Assembly (NCBI GenBank): GCA_963738595.1
Contig: CAVTXF010000002.1
Span: forward strand, 215,168 to 279,167
Source of the DNA: an uncultured Alphaproteobacteria bacterium
GTDB lineage: Bacteria; Pseudomonadota; Alphaproteobacteria; Rhizobiales; Aestuariivirgaceae
Direction: 5' to 3'
Length of the DNA stretch: 64,000 bases
The translations under genes were made by a program, and so were the position numbers. Below are positions 9,652 to 19,094 of this stretch, piece by piece (within the stretch, counting starts at the first letter, position 1; each line of letters starts with the position of its first letter). The notes beneath the pieces are model-generated. The model saw only the letters and a list, made by a program, of their open reading frames with translations. It searched no databases and was not told the DNA's origin.

Positions 9652-10605
9652 TTATCCTTTGCCGCGCGCAAGCCGGTCCACCAGCATGGCGAGGATGATG
9701 ATGATACCGGTGGCCAGCAGTTGATAGAATGCTTGGACGTTCAACAAAGTCAATCCATTGCGCATGGCACCGAGAACAATTGCGCCAAGGATGGTACCAA
9801 AGATGGAGCCCTTGCCGCCCATCAAAGACGCACCCCCAATGGCCGCAGCAGCGATGGCTTCGAGTTCCCAGAGATTCCCGAGGATGGGCTCAGCGGCACC
9901 GAGGCGCGCAATCAGAATGATGGCCGCGAGTGAAGCAAGGCCGCCGGAGATCATGTAGGTGATGACTTTGGTGCGCTCGATGGGAACACCGCTGACACGT
10001 GCTGCCTCTTCATTGCCGCCCACCGCCAGAATATATTCGCCAAGAGGCGTTTTCTTCAACAGCACCGTTGCGGCAATTGCCAATATGCCAACGACGATCA
10101 CAGGAACAGGCAATCCGAAGATCTCGGATGCAAACAGGCGCCGGAATTCATTGGGCAGTCCCAGCACCGGATTGCCACCGGTGTAGATCAGGGCCAGGGC
10201 GCGAAACAGGCTGAGCGTGCCAAGCGTCACTATGAATGGCTGCAGGCCCCCATAGGCAATCAGGGCACCGTTGACGAAGCCACAGGCAAGCCCCACAGCC
10301 AGGGCCGACAACAAGACAACAGGCACCGGAAGACCGGCCATCAAAAGGCTCGCACTGATCACGGCAGCCAGTGCTGCAGCCGGGCCAACCGACAAGTCTA
10401 TCCCACCACTGATGATGACCAGCGTCATGCCGATGGCGATGCAGGCGTTGATGCTTGATTGCTGCAGGATGTTGATGAGATTGCGTTCTGTCAGGAATAC
10501 CTGCGACATGCTGGAGAACACGACGACCATGATCAGCAGGCCGACAACGGTGCCCATGTCGCGCCAGCTGATTTTCCATCCACCCAGTTTGTCGGTCAGT
10601 GCCAT
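9652..10605 (-). CDS. Monosaccharide ABC permease (RbsC/AlsC family)
   Basis: GMTLVIISGGIDLSVG, PFIVTLGT, GGNEEAARVSG, ELEAIAAAAIGGASL.GG.G. Confidence 0.93.
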   Translation of the reverse strand: MALTDKLGGWKISWRDMGTVVGLLIMVVVFSSMSQVFLTERNLINILQQSSINACIAIGMTLVIISGGIDLSVGPAAALAAVISASLLMAGLPVPVVLLSALAVGLACGFVNGALIAYGGLQPFIVTLGTLSLFRALALIYTGGNPVLGLPNEFRRLFASEIFGLPVPVIVVGILAIAATVLLKKTPLGEYILAVGGNEEAARVSGVPIERTKVITYMISGGLASLAAIILIARLGAAEPILGNLWELEAIAAAAIGGASLMGGKGSIFGTILGAIVLGAMRNGLTLLNVQAFYQLLATGIIIILAMLVDRLARGKG

Positions 10606-10638
10606 TTGATTTTTTCCGTCTGCATTCAGGCTCTTCGT

Positions 10639-12147
10639 TCAGGCCGCCAGCTTGCCGGTGATGGCAAGGCTCATGACGGATTCTTCAGTCAATTGCTCGC
10701 GGCTCAGGCGGCCCGCCATGGCACCGGCGCGCATCACAATCACGTTGTCTGACAGGCGCAGGATTTCCGGCAATTCAGATGACACGACAATGATGGCACG
10801 GCCCGCTTCGGCCAGGGATTCTATAAGTTTGTAAATCTCGCCCTTGGCACCGACGTCAATACCGCGTGTCGGTTCGTCAAAGACCAGAATATCCGAGCCC
10901 GCCATCAGCCAGCGGCACAGAATTGCCTTTTGCTGGTTGCCGCCGCTGAACAGGCGAATGGCGCGTTCAATATCGGGGGGCCGCAAATTCACGGTTCGGG
11001 CAAGTTCATTTACCTGTGCACTCAGTTGCGCAGTCCGGATAAACCCCACGCTTGTGAGCTTGCGATAGCTCGGCATCGCCGCATTGACGGCGACGGAGCG
11101 CAGGGGAATGATCCCCTCCTTCTTGCGATCCTCTGGCAACAGCGCAATGCCTGCCGCAATCGCCTCACGCGGATTGGCAAAAACCACCGCCTTGCCATTC
11201 AACACCATCCTGCCGCCCGTCGGCCTGTCCACACCAGCAAGAAGTTTCACCAGCTCCGTGCGTCCTGAGCCGACCAGACCTGCAATGCCGAGCACTTCAC
11301 CCTTGCGCAGTTCCAGCGATACATCGCGCACCTGGCGACCGCGCCCCAGGCCTTCAACAGAAAGCACCACCTGGTCCTGCACATGGCTGCGATGCGGCGG
11401 GATGTCGAGGCTACGACCCACCATCATGTTGACCAATGCATCCTGGGTGGTTTTTGACAGATCGACGTCTGCGACCTGCTTGCCATCACGCAGGACAGTG
11501 GCATGTGAGGCGACACGAAACACTTCATCCAGCTTGTGCGACACATAGATTACAGCCACGTCATTGGCTTTGAGGCGATCTATCACATGCACCAGCTTTT
11601 CAAATTCAACAGGCGTGAGACTTGACGTCGGTTCATCCATGGCAATGATGCGTGCCTGCCCGAGCAAGGCCTTGGCAATCTCGACGATCTGCCGTTGGGC
11701 CACGCGCAGTGTTCTCACTTTGGCGCACACATCGATTGTCGGGTCAAGTTGCAGCAGCAATTCCCTGGCGCGTGCCTGCATGGCGCTGCGGTCAGTGATA
11801 AAACCAAGTTTGGTCACCTGGTTTGCGAGAAACATGTTTTGCGCCACGTCAAGTTCGGGAACCTGTTGCAGTTCTTGATGAATGAGTGCGATGCCCGCAC
11901 GTTGCGCTGCCTTCGGATTGTGGAGGTCAACTGGCTTTGCGTTGATCAGAACTTCACCTGCGTCAGCGTGATAGATGCCGGACAGGATTTTGAGCAGGGT
12001 TGACTTGCCGGCACCATTTTCGCCCAGCAGGGCGCGTACCTGGCCTGGCTCGACGGCAAAACTGACATTCTCCAGCGCCTGCACGCCGGGAAACCCCTTG
12101 GAAATATCCTTCAGCTCGATTGCTGCGGTCGATCTATCGTCAGCCAT
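10639..12147 (-). CDS. Monosaccharide ABC ATPase with two NBDs (RbsA/AlsA family)
   Basis: GENGAGKST, MDEPTSSL, GLVGSGRTE, SGGNQQK, DEPTRGIDVGAK; start 12147 or 12159. Confidence 0.93.
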   Translation of the reverse strand: MADDRSTAAIELKDISKGFPGVQALENVSFAVEPGQVRALLGENGAGKSTLLKILSGIYHADAGEVLINAKPVDLHNPKAAQRAGIALIHQELQQVPELDVAQNMFLANQVTKLGFITDRSAMQARARELLLQLDPTIDVCAKVRTLRVAQRQIVEIAKALLGQARIIAMDEPTSSLTPVEFEKLVHVIDRLKANDVAVIYVSHKLDEVFRVASHATVLRDGKQVADVDLSKTTQDALVNMMVGRSLDIPPHRSHVQDQVVLSVEGLGRGRQVRDVSLELRKGEVLGIAGLVGSGRTELVKLLAGVDRPTGGRMVLNGKAVVFANPREAIAAGIALLPEDRKKEGIIPLRSVAVNAAMPSYRKLTSVGFIRTAQLSAQVNELARTVNLRPPDIERAIRLFSGGNQQKAILCRWLMAGSDILVFDEPTRGIDVGAKGEIYKLIESLAEAGRAIIVVSSELPEILRLSDNVIVMRAGAMAGRLSREQLTEESVMSLAITGKLAA

Positions 12148-12210
12148 TGAATGGTCCATGAAATCCAGCTCCGCCCAGAGGCGAAGCTGAATGAGCAACC
12201 GCTATCCGGG

Positions 12211-12242
12211 GCGCGGCGAAAGCAGGGAGACAGTCGCCGCGC
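12211..12242. other. Inverted repeat (9-bp stem, 14-nt loop) downstream of the binding-protein gene
   Basis: GCGCGGCGA (12211-12219) pairs with TCGCCGCGC (12234-12242). Confidence 0.55.
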
Positions 12243-12254
12243 GCCATCATACGA

Positions 12255-13319
12255 TTACTGCTTGGCGTCTTCCATCAGATTTGCACGCACGGCGGCTTCA
12301 TCACCGGTATAGCGGGCAATGTTATCCTTGGTGACGAGGGCCTGTGGCGTTGCGACGACCCGGGGCAGTTTCTGCCCGGCCTGCAGGCGCAGTGCCACTT
12401 CCATTGCCACTTCCCCTGTCAACACAGGAAAGCTGTCGACGGTCGCGGTCAGCTCGCCTGCCTTGATGGAAGCATAGGCATCGCTTATTCCGTCGGTGCC
12501 AATGACAGCGATCTTGTCAAGCTTGCCTGCGGCCTTTACAGCTTCAACAACACCCAGCGCCATGCCATCATTGTTGCAATAGAAGCCGATCACGTCAGGA
12601 TTCTGTGACATGATGTTGGTGGCGGCATCATATGATTTCTGACGATCCCAGTCACCCGGAACGGAGGCGACGACTTCAAAGCCCTTGCCTTCTGCGGCAA
12701 TGGTTTCCTTGAAGCCAGCGGTGCGTTGCACAGCGGCATAAACACCGGCCATGCCTTCGATCACAGCCAGCTTGCCGCCATCCTTGCGGTTGGCGATGAA
12801 CCAGCGGGCAGCGCGTACGCCATTGTCCTTCTGGACGTTGCCAATGTAGTTCTTGGCCGACGGAATGACGGCGTCATTGACGTTGATCACAGGCACACCA
12901 GCCTTTTCAGCTGCTTCGACAGCGGGCTGCAGGTTGGAATCTGTCTGTGGTGATACAAGCAAGAGCTTGTAGCCCTGTGACAGCATGTTTTCAGCGATTG
13001 CCAATTGGGCCAGCTGATCATTTTCATTTTGACCGGCTTGCAGATCAACCGTGACGCCAACCTTTGAGCCGAACTTGACGTAACCTTCACCAAGGCTGCG
13101 CCAGTATTCATTGGTCAAGGCCTTGGCCACGGCGCCAACCTTCATGCCTTTTTCAACAGCAGGCAGCGGGCCGAATTTGGCTTCAAGCTGCGACCAGTCC
13201 ATGCGGTCTGCTTCGACGTCAGAGTTCAAGGGGGCGAGACCCTGTGCATAGGCAACGGTAGAAAGCGCAACAGCGGCAATCGCACCCAGCAGCACTGAAC
13301 GCTTTGTCATCTTCATCAT
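12255..13319 (-). CDS. Periplasmic sugar-binding protein, RbsB/AlsB family
   Basis: Start reassigned to 13319 (GGGAGG RBS; signal MMKMTKRSVLLGAIAAVALSTVAYA); K.L.NEYW, DWDRQK..D.ATN, YCNNDGMALG, GTDGI. Confidence 0.9.
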   Translation of the reverse strand: MMKMTKRSVLLGAIAAVALSTVAYAQGLAPLNSDVEADRMDWSQLEAKFGPLPAVEKGMKVGAVAKALTNEYWRSLGEGYVKFGSKVGVTVDLQAGQNENDQLAQLAIAENMLSQGYKLLLVSPQTDSNLQPAVEAAEKAGVPVINVNDAVIPSAKNYIGNVQKDNGVRAARWFIANRKDGGKLAVIEGMAGVYAAVQRTAGFKETIAAEGKGFEVVASVPGDWDRQKSYDAATNIMSQNPDVIGFYCNNDGMALGVVEAVKAAGKLDKIAVIGTDGISDAYASIKAGELTATVDSFPVLTGEVAMEVALRLQAGQKLPRVVATPQALVTKDNIARYTGDEAAVRANLMEDAKQ

Positions 13320-13383
13320 ATTGGTATCCTCCCAAAGGTTAAAATCGAAAACGGCCGAGCGCACCGCATTCATGTGCAGGTGC

Positions 13384-14388
13384 TCAGATTTTTGCTGTGT
13401 CTGCTGACGGACCTCCATAAAATGCCTCGCGCACGACATTGTTGCTGGTCACAGCATCTTGTCCGGCAATGGCCGTCTTGAGGCGGTTGTCTGCTTGCAG
13501 TTTTCTGACGACTTTTCGCATGGCCTCCACGGTTGCAATGTTGGCACTGCACTCGGCGACCGGGTCCATGCCTGTCATATCCGGGAAAGTGTCGAAATAG
13601 ATGGGGCGGTCATATTTGATCTCCTCCAGCACGTAGAGCAGCTCCATGGTCTGGACGGGATGCACGGTGCCAACCATCAGGCCGTCGTCACGCTTGGCGT
13701 ATCCATCATTGAGATGCACACCGAACAATCTTGAAGCGCGCGCCGCCAGCGCTGCGGCATAGGCCGGCATTTCATCAGCATACAGAACATGGGCAAAGTC
13801 GATGGTGACGCCAACGTTCCTGCGACCCATTTCCTGAATGGCCAAAAGCGTCGTGCCGATATCAGGCATCAAGGCAAAGCTGCGCGGTTCATTCGGCTTG
13901 TATTCGATGCTGAGTTCGGACGACGGCACATGATCGGCCACTTCCGAGATGGCTTCCAAGGTCTGGTTCCAGAGCCGTGCATAATCTGCCTGGAAGGAGT
14001 AATCAAAACCGTCCTGGCCCATCCACAAGGTCATCAACGAGCCACCGAGTTCCAGCATCTGGTCGATGCCGCGCCTGGTCTGGTCAATTGCAAGGCGGCG
14101 CAGCCTGGCATCCGGATTGGTGAAGGCCCCGATCTTGAAGCCAGGATCGCTGTAATAGCGCATGGCGAAGCCATTGACCGAGAGGCCCAGCCGGTCGAGA
14201 TGGCGCTTCATCTCTTTTAAATCCGCGCCCTCCAGATGATCTGGAAAATTCAGGTCAACAGCATTCAGACCTTGAACTTTTGCAGCACGTGACAGGCAAT
14301 CGAAGACGCCTATTCCGCCATCGCCAGTCCTGAATGAATTGAGCCGGGCTGCATATTTGTGGTGTTGATGTGGCGCGGATATTGCCAT
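13384..14388 (-). CDS. Xylose-isomerase-fold sugar isomerase, substrate unknown
   Basis: Metal-site pattern WMGQDGFDY, IEYKPNEPR, TIDFAH, HLNDG..RDDG, YFDTFP, as in the XylA/L-rhamnose isomerase superfamily. Confidence 0.8.
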   Translation of the reverse strand: MAISAPHQHHKYAARLNSFRTGDGGIGVFDCLSRAAKVQGLNAVDLNFPDHLEGADLKEMKRHLDRLGLSVNGFAMRYYSDPGFKIGAFTNPDARLRRLAIDQTRRGIDQMLELGGSLMTLWMGQDGFDYSFQADYARLWNQTLEAISEVADHVPSSELSIEYKPNEPRSFALMPDIGTTLLAIQEMGRRNVGVTIDFAHVLYADEMPAYAAALAARASRLFGVHLNDGYAKRDDGLMVGTVHPVQTMELLYVLEEIKYDRPIYFDTFPDMTGMDPVAECSANIATVEAMRKVVRKLQADNRLKTAIAGQDAVTSNNVVREAFYGGPSADTAKI

Positions 14389-14457
14389 GTCGATCTTCCA
14401 TGAGACCCAACAAACTTCACATCATGATACATTTCTGTAAAGTTGAATCTGCCGGTG

Positions 14458-14718
14458 TGAAGAAAAACTGAAGACTTCATATGTTGATCTATCACCAATC
14501 GACTGCAAATGCATGATTTCAGTGATTTGACGGAGGCATTCGACTGGTCCCTGTGGAATTTGCGTAAAGTTACTTCAGAAACTTTACAAAAGATGTGCAG
14601 CCAACACCAAGTCAAACTGATCGTAAACACGCCGTGACGCTTTTGAATGCGATGATTGCCAACTGAAGCCCAAGAATGATTGCAATGGCAAAGTGTGAAG
14701 GGCTTTCATTTGACTTCA
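14458..14718. promoter_or_regulatory. Three related inverted repeats TRAAG-N12/13-CTTYA (14458-14479, 14565-14586, 14696-14718); candidate RpiR operators
   Basis: TGAAG-N12-CTTCA; GTAAAGTT-N8-AACTTTAC (perfect 8-bp arms, 14564-14587); TGAAG-N13-CTTCA overlapping a -35 box. Confidence 0.55.
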
Positions 14719-14738
14719 AAAATTCTACGCCATAGAAT
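14710..14738 (+). promoter_or_regulatory. Sigma70-type promoter for the CUT1 sugar operon
   Basis: TTGACT (14710-14715), 17-nt spacer, TAGAAT (14733-14738); GGAGG RBS before the ATG at 14803. Confidence 0.7.
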
Positions 14739-14802
14739 AATTTCATAAAAAGAAATCCGGGAAAGAAGCCTGGCCAAGTATTTCATCAAGGGAGGAAAAC
14801 CG

Positions 14803-16065
14803 ATGAAAGTCCTGAAGACCCTGCTGGCCGCTGCGGCGGTTTCCACACTCGCCATTGGCGCTGCCATGGCCCAGCCGAAGACATTGATGCTGCATCAATG
14901 GGCCACTGGCTCTGATGCCGCCTCGATTGCCAAGCTCGGTGAAATGTTTGAAGCCAAAGGCGGCAAGTGGGAACAGAACGCCATTGCCGGTCACACCGCC
15001 AATACGCTGGCCAAACTTCGCGCGGACGTGCTGTCGGGCAACGCGCCTGCTGCTGTCCAGTTGAAGGGACCGGAAATTGCCGAGTGGAATGAAACCGGCA
15101 AGACGGCAAACCTTGACGAACTCGCTGCCGCTGAAGGCTGGGAAAAAGTTGTTGCACCGGAACTGTTTCCAGTGATGAAGCCCAAGGGTTCATGGGTGGC
15201 GGCACCGATGAATATCCACCGCATCAACTGGATCTGGGGTTCGGTTCCAGCCATGAAAGCGGCAGGTGTTGCTGAATTGCCCAAGACCTGGGCCGAATTC
15301 AATGCTGCCTGCGACAAGGGCATTGCCGCTGGCAAGATTTGCCTGGCTCACTACTCTGCCGACTGGACCGATTCGACGACGTTTGAAGTCGTGCTCTATG
15401 GCATGGACAGGGATGTCTATACCAAGGCGTTTGTGGAAGGCGACACCGAAGCCATGCGTTCGCCAGGCATGATCAAGGCGTTTGAACAAATGCGCCTGAT
15501 GGTCACCAAGTACATGGATCCCGGCATTGTCGGTCGTGACTATGACACCGCTTCCAACCTGATGGCCAATGGCGATGCGCTTTTCCACATCATGGGTGAC
15601 TGGCAAGTTGGCGTGCTGAAGGCCGTCAACAAGGAACATGGCAAGGACTATGTCTGCGCCCAGGCTCCAACCGATTGGGGCAAGCCCGGCTTCATTCTGA
15701 ACTCGGACTCGGTGGTGTTCTTCCAGCAGTCTGACCCTGACTATGTCGAAGGCCAGAAGTTGCTCGCTTCAACCATCCTGTCGCCGGAATTCCAGACGGT
15801 GTTCAATATCACCAAGGGCTCGATCCCGGCGCGGCTGGATGTTGACCTGAGCAATGGCTTCAATCCCTGCCAGCAAACGTCACAGAAAGACCTTGCGGCA
15901 TCGATCAAGGAAGGCACGCTGGTTCGTTCGATGGCCCACAACATGACCGTGCTGCAAAAATATCGCGGTGCGATGATGGAAACCATCACGGAATTCGTGA
16001 ACTCGGACATTTCAGCAGCAGATGCCGCCAATGCCATGGCTGATGCGGTTGAAGCACAGAAGTAA
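14803..16065 (+). CDS. CUT1 sugar ABC substrate-binding protein (GtsA-like)
   Basis: Sec signal ending AMA-Q; LHQWATGSDAA, APMNIHRINWIW, MGDWQVG, KGSIPAR. Confidence 0.9.
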   Translation: MKVLKTLLAAAAVSTLAIGAAMAQPKTLMLHQWATGSDAASIAKLGEMFEAKGGKWEQNAIAGHTANTLAKLRADVLSGNAPAAVQLKGPEIAEWNETGKTANLDELAAAEGWEKVVAPELFPVMKPKGSWVAAPMNIHRINWIWGSVPAMKAAGVAELPKTWAEFNAACDKGIAAGKICLAHYSADWTDSTTFEVVLYGMDRDVYTKAFVEGDTEAMRSPGMIKAFEQMRLMVTKYMDPGIVGRDYDTASNLMANGDALFHIMGDWQVGVLKAVNKEHGKDYVCAQAPTDWGKPGFILNSDSVVFFQQSDPDYVEGQKLLASTILSPEFQTVFNITKGSIPARLDVDLSNGFNPCQQTSQKDLAASIKEGTLVRSMAHNMTVLQKYRGAMMETITEFVNSDISAADAANAMADAVEAQK

Positions 16066-16089
16066 CAACGAACACATACCTGACACGTC

Positions 16090-16112
16090 ATGGCCCGCAT
16101 CATGCGGGCCAT
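16090..16112. other. Inverted repeat ATGGCCCGCAT-C-ATGCGGGCCAT after the SBP gene
   Basis: 11-bp perfect arms, 24 nt after the stop; no U-tract. Confidence 0.65.
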
Positions 16113-16203
16113 CCACTGCGCATCAATCCGAAGCCCGGTGGATTCTCCGCATCAATGGAGGATGACGGATTGAGGGTGGAAAAGACATTTGAACCAGGCA
16201 GCA

Positions 16204-17112
16204 ATGAAACAACCACAACGGACAGGTGCGAGCCGCCTTCGCGACTTGCTGCCGTTTTGGCTGATCCTTCCTTCGCTCATTGCCTCGTTTCTCTATACGT
16301 TCGGTTTCACTGCCTGGACGGCCTACCTTTCCCTGTCTGATTCCGGCCAGCTGCCGAGCTACAATTTTCTCGGCCTTGAGAATTACGAACGGCTGTGGGC
16401 CAATCGACGCTGGAACATCGCGTTTTCAAACCTGTTTTTCTTCAGCGGTTTTTATGTCCTCGGCACCATGGCCGTTGGGCTTCTGCTGGCCATCCTGATC
16501 GACCAAAAAGTTCGGGCCGAAAGTTTCTGGCGCACGATTTTTCTCTATCCTCTCGCTGTGTCCTTTGTCGTCACCGGCGCGATCTGGAGCTGGCTCTACA
16601 ATCCGACATCCGGCATCGAATTTCTGGTGCGCGGACTGGGTTGGGAAAGTTTCTCTTTCTCACTCGCAACCAGCCGGAAATATGCAATCTGGGCCGTGAT
16701 CATCACCGGCATCTGGCAGGCGTCGGGGTTTGCCATGGCGCTGTTTCTTGCAGGGCTGAGGTCAGTCGATCAGGACCTGGTGAAGGCCGCGCAGATTGAT
16801 GGCGCAGGACCATTTCGGACTTATGTGCGGGTCATTCTTCCTTCCATCGCACCGATCTTCATCGCTGTTGCGGTGATCATGCTGCAATTCGCCATCAAGA
16901 CGTTCGATCTGGTTGTGGCACTCACGCGCGGCGGGCCGGGAATCTCGACGACCTTTCCGGCGAATTACGTCTACGACCTGATGTTCCAGCGCGGACAAAT
17001 TGGTGAAGGGGCGGCTGCCTCGATCATGATGGTTGCGGCATTGGCAGTGGTGCTTGTACCTTACTCCTTCTATCTCGTCTGGCGGCAGCACAAGGAACGG
17101 CAGAATGGCTGA
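16204..17112 (+). CDS. CUT1 ABC permease (MalF-like)
   Basis: YP.AVSFVVTG..W.W, EAA-like loop AGLRSVDQDLVKAAQIDGA, FDLVVALT.GGPG. Confidence 0.92.
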   Translation: MKQPQRTGASRLRDLLPFWLILPSLIASFLYTFGFTAWTAYLSLSDSGQLPSYNFLGLENYERLWANRRWNIAFSNLFFFSGFYVLGTMAVGLLLAILIDQKVRAESFWRTIFLYPLAVSFVVTGAIWSWLYNPTSGIEFLVRGLGWESFSFSLATSRKYAIWAVIITGIWQASGFAMALFLAGLRSVDQDLVKAAQIDGAGPFRTYVRVILPSIAPIFIAVAVIMLQFAIKTFDLVVALTRGGPGISTTFPANYVYDLMFQRGQIGEGAAASIMMVAALAVVLVPYSFYLVWRQHKERQNG

Positions 17113-17998
17113 CGCAATACTGCATGACGGGGAAGCTGCCGGTGCAGCTCGAAACTACCTGTTTTCGCGGATCGCCATCTATGGGTTACTGCTGCTCTTT
17201 GCCCTCATATACCTGATACCGCTTGTCGTTGTTGTGATGAATACCTTCCGCGAAAACGTCGATGTGGGGCGCAATGGCCTCATTGCTTTCCCGCGTTCAT
17301 TCACGCTTGAAGCTTGGCCCAAGGCGTGGGGCAGTTACTGCCTGAATGGGCGCTGCGAAGGCATGTCCGCGAATTTCTGGAATTCCGTTTACATGACCAT
17401 CCCTGCAACCATCATATCCACGGTGCTTGGCGCGCTGAATGGCTATATTCTCTCCAAGTGGAAGTTTACGGGATCAGATGTGATTTTCACCATCCTGCTT
17501 TTCGGCGTGTTCATGCCGGGCCAGATCGCGTTGATGCCCTGGGCCTATATCCTTGGCACAACCGGGCTCAACCAGACCCTCTGGGGCCTCATCATGGTGC
17601 ATGTGATCCAGGGCATTTCCTTCACAACGCTGTTCTGCCGCAATTTCTATGTCAACATTCCCGATGACCTGATCAAGGCCGCGCGCATTGACGGTGCCGG
17701 CTTCTGGCGAATCTTCTGGAAGATCATCCTGCCGATTTCACCACCCATCCTCATCGTCACGGTGATCTGGCAGTTTACCGGCATCTGGAACGAGTTTCTC
17801 TATGGCGTGGTCTTGACGACTGGCAAAACCCAACCCGTTACGGCTGCTGTTGTTGCCTTTGCGGCGCAAGAGCAGAATGTGAAAGAATACAACGTCATCA
17901 GCGCAGGCGTGCTGATTGCCGCGCTGCCACCGCTGCTGGTTTATTTCTTTGGCGGGAAATATTTTGTGCGTGGCCTGACACAGGGTGCGATCAAGTGA
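17105..17998 (+). CDS. CUT1 ABC permease (MalG-like)
   Basis: Start reassigned to the ATG at 17105 overlapping the previous gene; IPDDLIKAARIDGAG, WNEFL, LPPLLVY. Confidence 0.92.
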   Translation: MADAILHDGEAAGAARNYLFSRIAIYGLLLLFALIYLIPLVVVVMNTFRENVDVGRNGLIAFPRSFTLEAWPKAWGSYCLNGRCEGMSANFWNSVYMTIPATIISTVLGALNGYILSKWKFTGSDVIFTILLFGVFMPGQIALMPWAYILGTTGLNQTLWGLIMVHVIQGISFTTLFCRNFYVNIPDDLIKAARIDGAGFWRIFWKIILPISPPILIVTVIWQFTGIWNEFLYGVVLTTGKTQPVTAAVVAFAAQEQNVKEYNVISAGVLIAALPPLLVYFFGGKYFVRGLTQGAIK

Positions 17999-18014
17999 TG
18001 GGGGCGATCAAGTA

Positions 18015-19094
18015 ATGGCCGTTTTGCAGATCAGTGGCGTGAACAAGAGCTTTGGCGCAGTTGAAGTGTTGAAGGACATCAACCTTGATGTGAAGTCCGG
18101 AGAGTTCATCGCGCTTGTCGGCCCATCAGGCTGTGGCAAGTCAACATTGCTCGCCATCATCGCCGGACTGGAAAAGGCATCCGCGGGCACGATCACCATA
18201 GGAAATCGTGTGGTCAACAGTGTGGCACCGAAGGATCGCGATATCGCCATGGTGTTCCAGTCCTATGCCCTCTATCCCACCATGACAGTGCGCGAGAACA
18301 TGATGTTCGGCATGGAAGCGCGCGGGGTGCCAAAGGACCAGCGCGAAGCCGCGCTGAAGCGCGTGTCAGAGCTCCTGCAAATTGACCAGTTGCTGAAGCG
18401 CAAGCCGGGTCAACTTTCGGGCGGCCAGCGGCAACGTGTTGCCATGGGGCGCGCGCTGGTGCGTGATCCGGCACTGTTTCTTTTTGATGAACCACTTTCC
18501 AATCTCGATGCGAAACTTCGTGTCGAGATGCGCGGTGAAATCAAGAAGCTGCACCAAACCATCGGCAAGACCACGGTTTATGTGACGCATGACCAGGTTG
18601 AAGCGATGACCCTTTCGTCGCGCATTGCGGTTTTGAACAAGGGCGTGCTGCAGCAGTTTGACGAGCCACAGCAGATCTATGATTGTCCAGCCAACATGTT
18701 TGTTGCTGGCTTCATGGGATCGCCTGCGATGAACTTTCTGCCCGCACAGATGCGGGTGAATGGCGGCGTTACCGAACTTTTCCTTGAAGGTGGCTCGTCG
18801 CTGAAATTCAATCGCAAGGCGACGCCTGCGGGCAATGGCAATGTCATTGTCGGCATCAGGCCGGAACATCTGACAAGGGGTGACGCAAAGACTGCCAACA
18901 GTCTCATCTGCAAGGTGACGCTCGTCGAGCCTACAGGTTCTGAAACGCATGTGATATCGCGTTTTGGCAAGAGCGATGTCACAGCCAAGTTCTTCCCGAA
19001 CCAGGCGCCTAAATTGGGTGAGGATGTCTGGCTTAATGTCGACACCGATCGGATTTGCATTTTTGATGCACAAACTGAACAGGCCCTGGCGTGA
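18015..19094 (+). CDS. CUT1 ABC ATPase (MalK family)
   Basis: [38 protein letters not shown]-terminal TOBE region GIRPEH; start at ATG 18015. Confidence 0.94.
   Translation: MAVLQISGVNKSFGAVEVLKDINLDVKSGEFIALVGPSGCGKSTLLAIIAGLEKASAGTITIGNRVVNSVAPKDRDIAMVFQSYALYPTMTVRENMMFGMEARGVPKDQREAALKRVSELLQIDQLLKRKPGQLSGGQRQRVAMGRALVRDPALFLFDEPLSNLDAKLRVEMRGEIKKLHQTIGKTTVYVTHDQVEAMTLSSRIAVLNKGVLQQFDEPQQIYDCPANMFVAGFMGSPAMNFLPAQMRVNGGVTELFLEGGSSLKFNRKATPAGNGNVIVGIRPEHLTRGDAKTANSLICKVTLVEPTGSETHVISRFGKSDVTAKFFPNQAPKLGEDVWLNVDTDRICIFDAQTEQALA

Noticed and set aside
13384-14388. Naming the gene xylA or rhaA
   Set aside because: The fold and metal ligands fit, but the 334-aa length, the motifs and the context (no xylB or rhaB kinase) do not identify the substrate.
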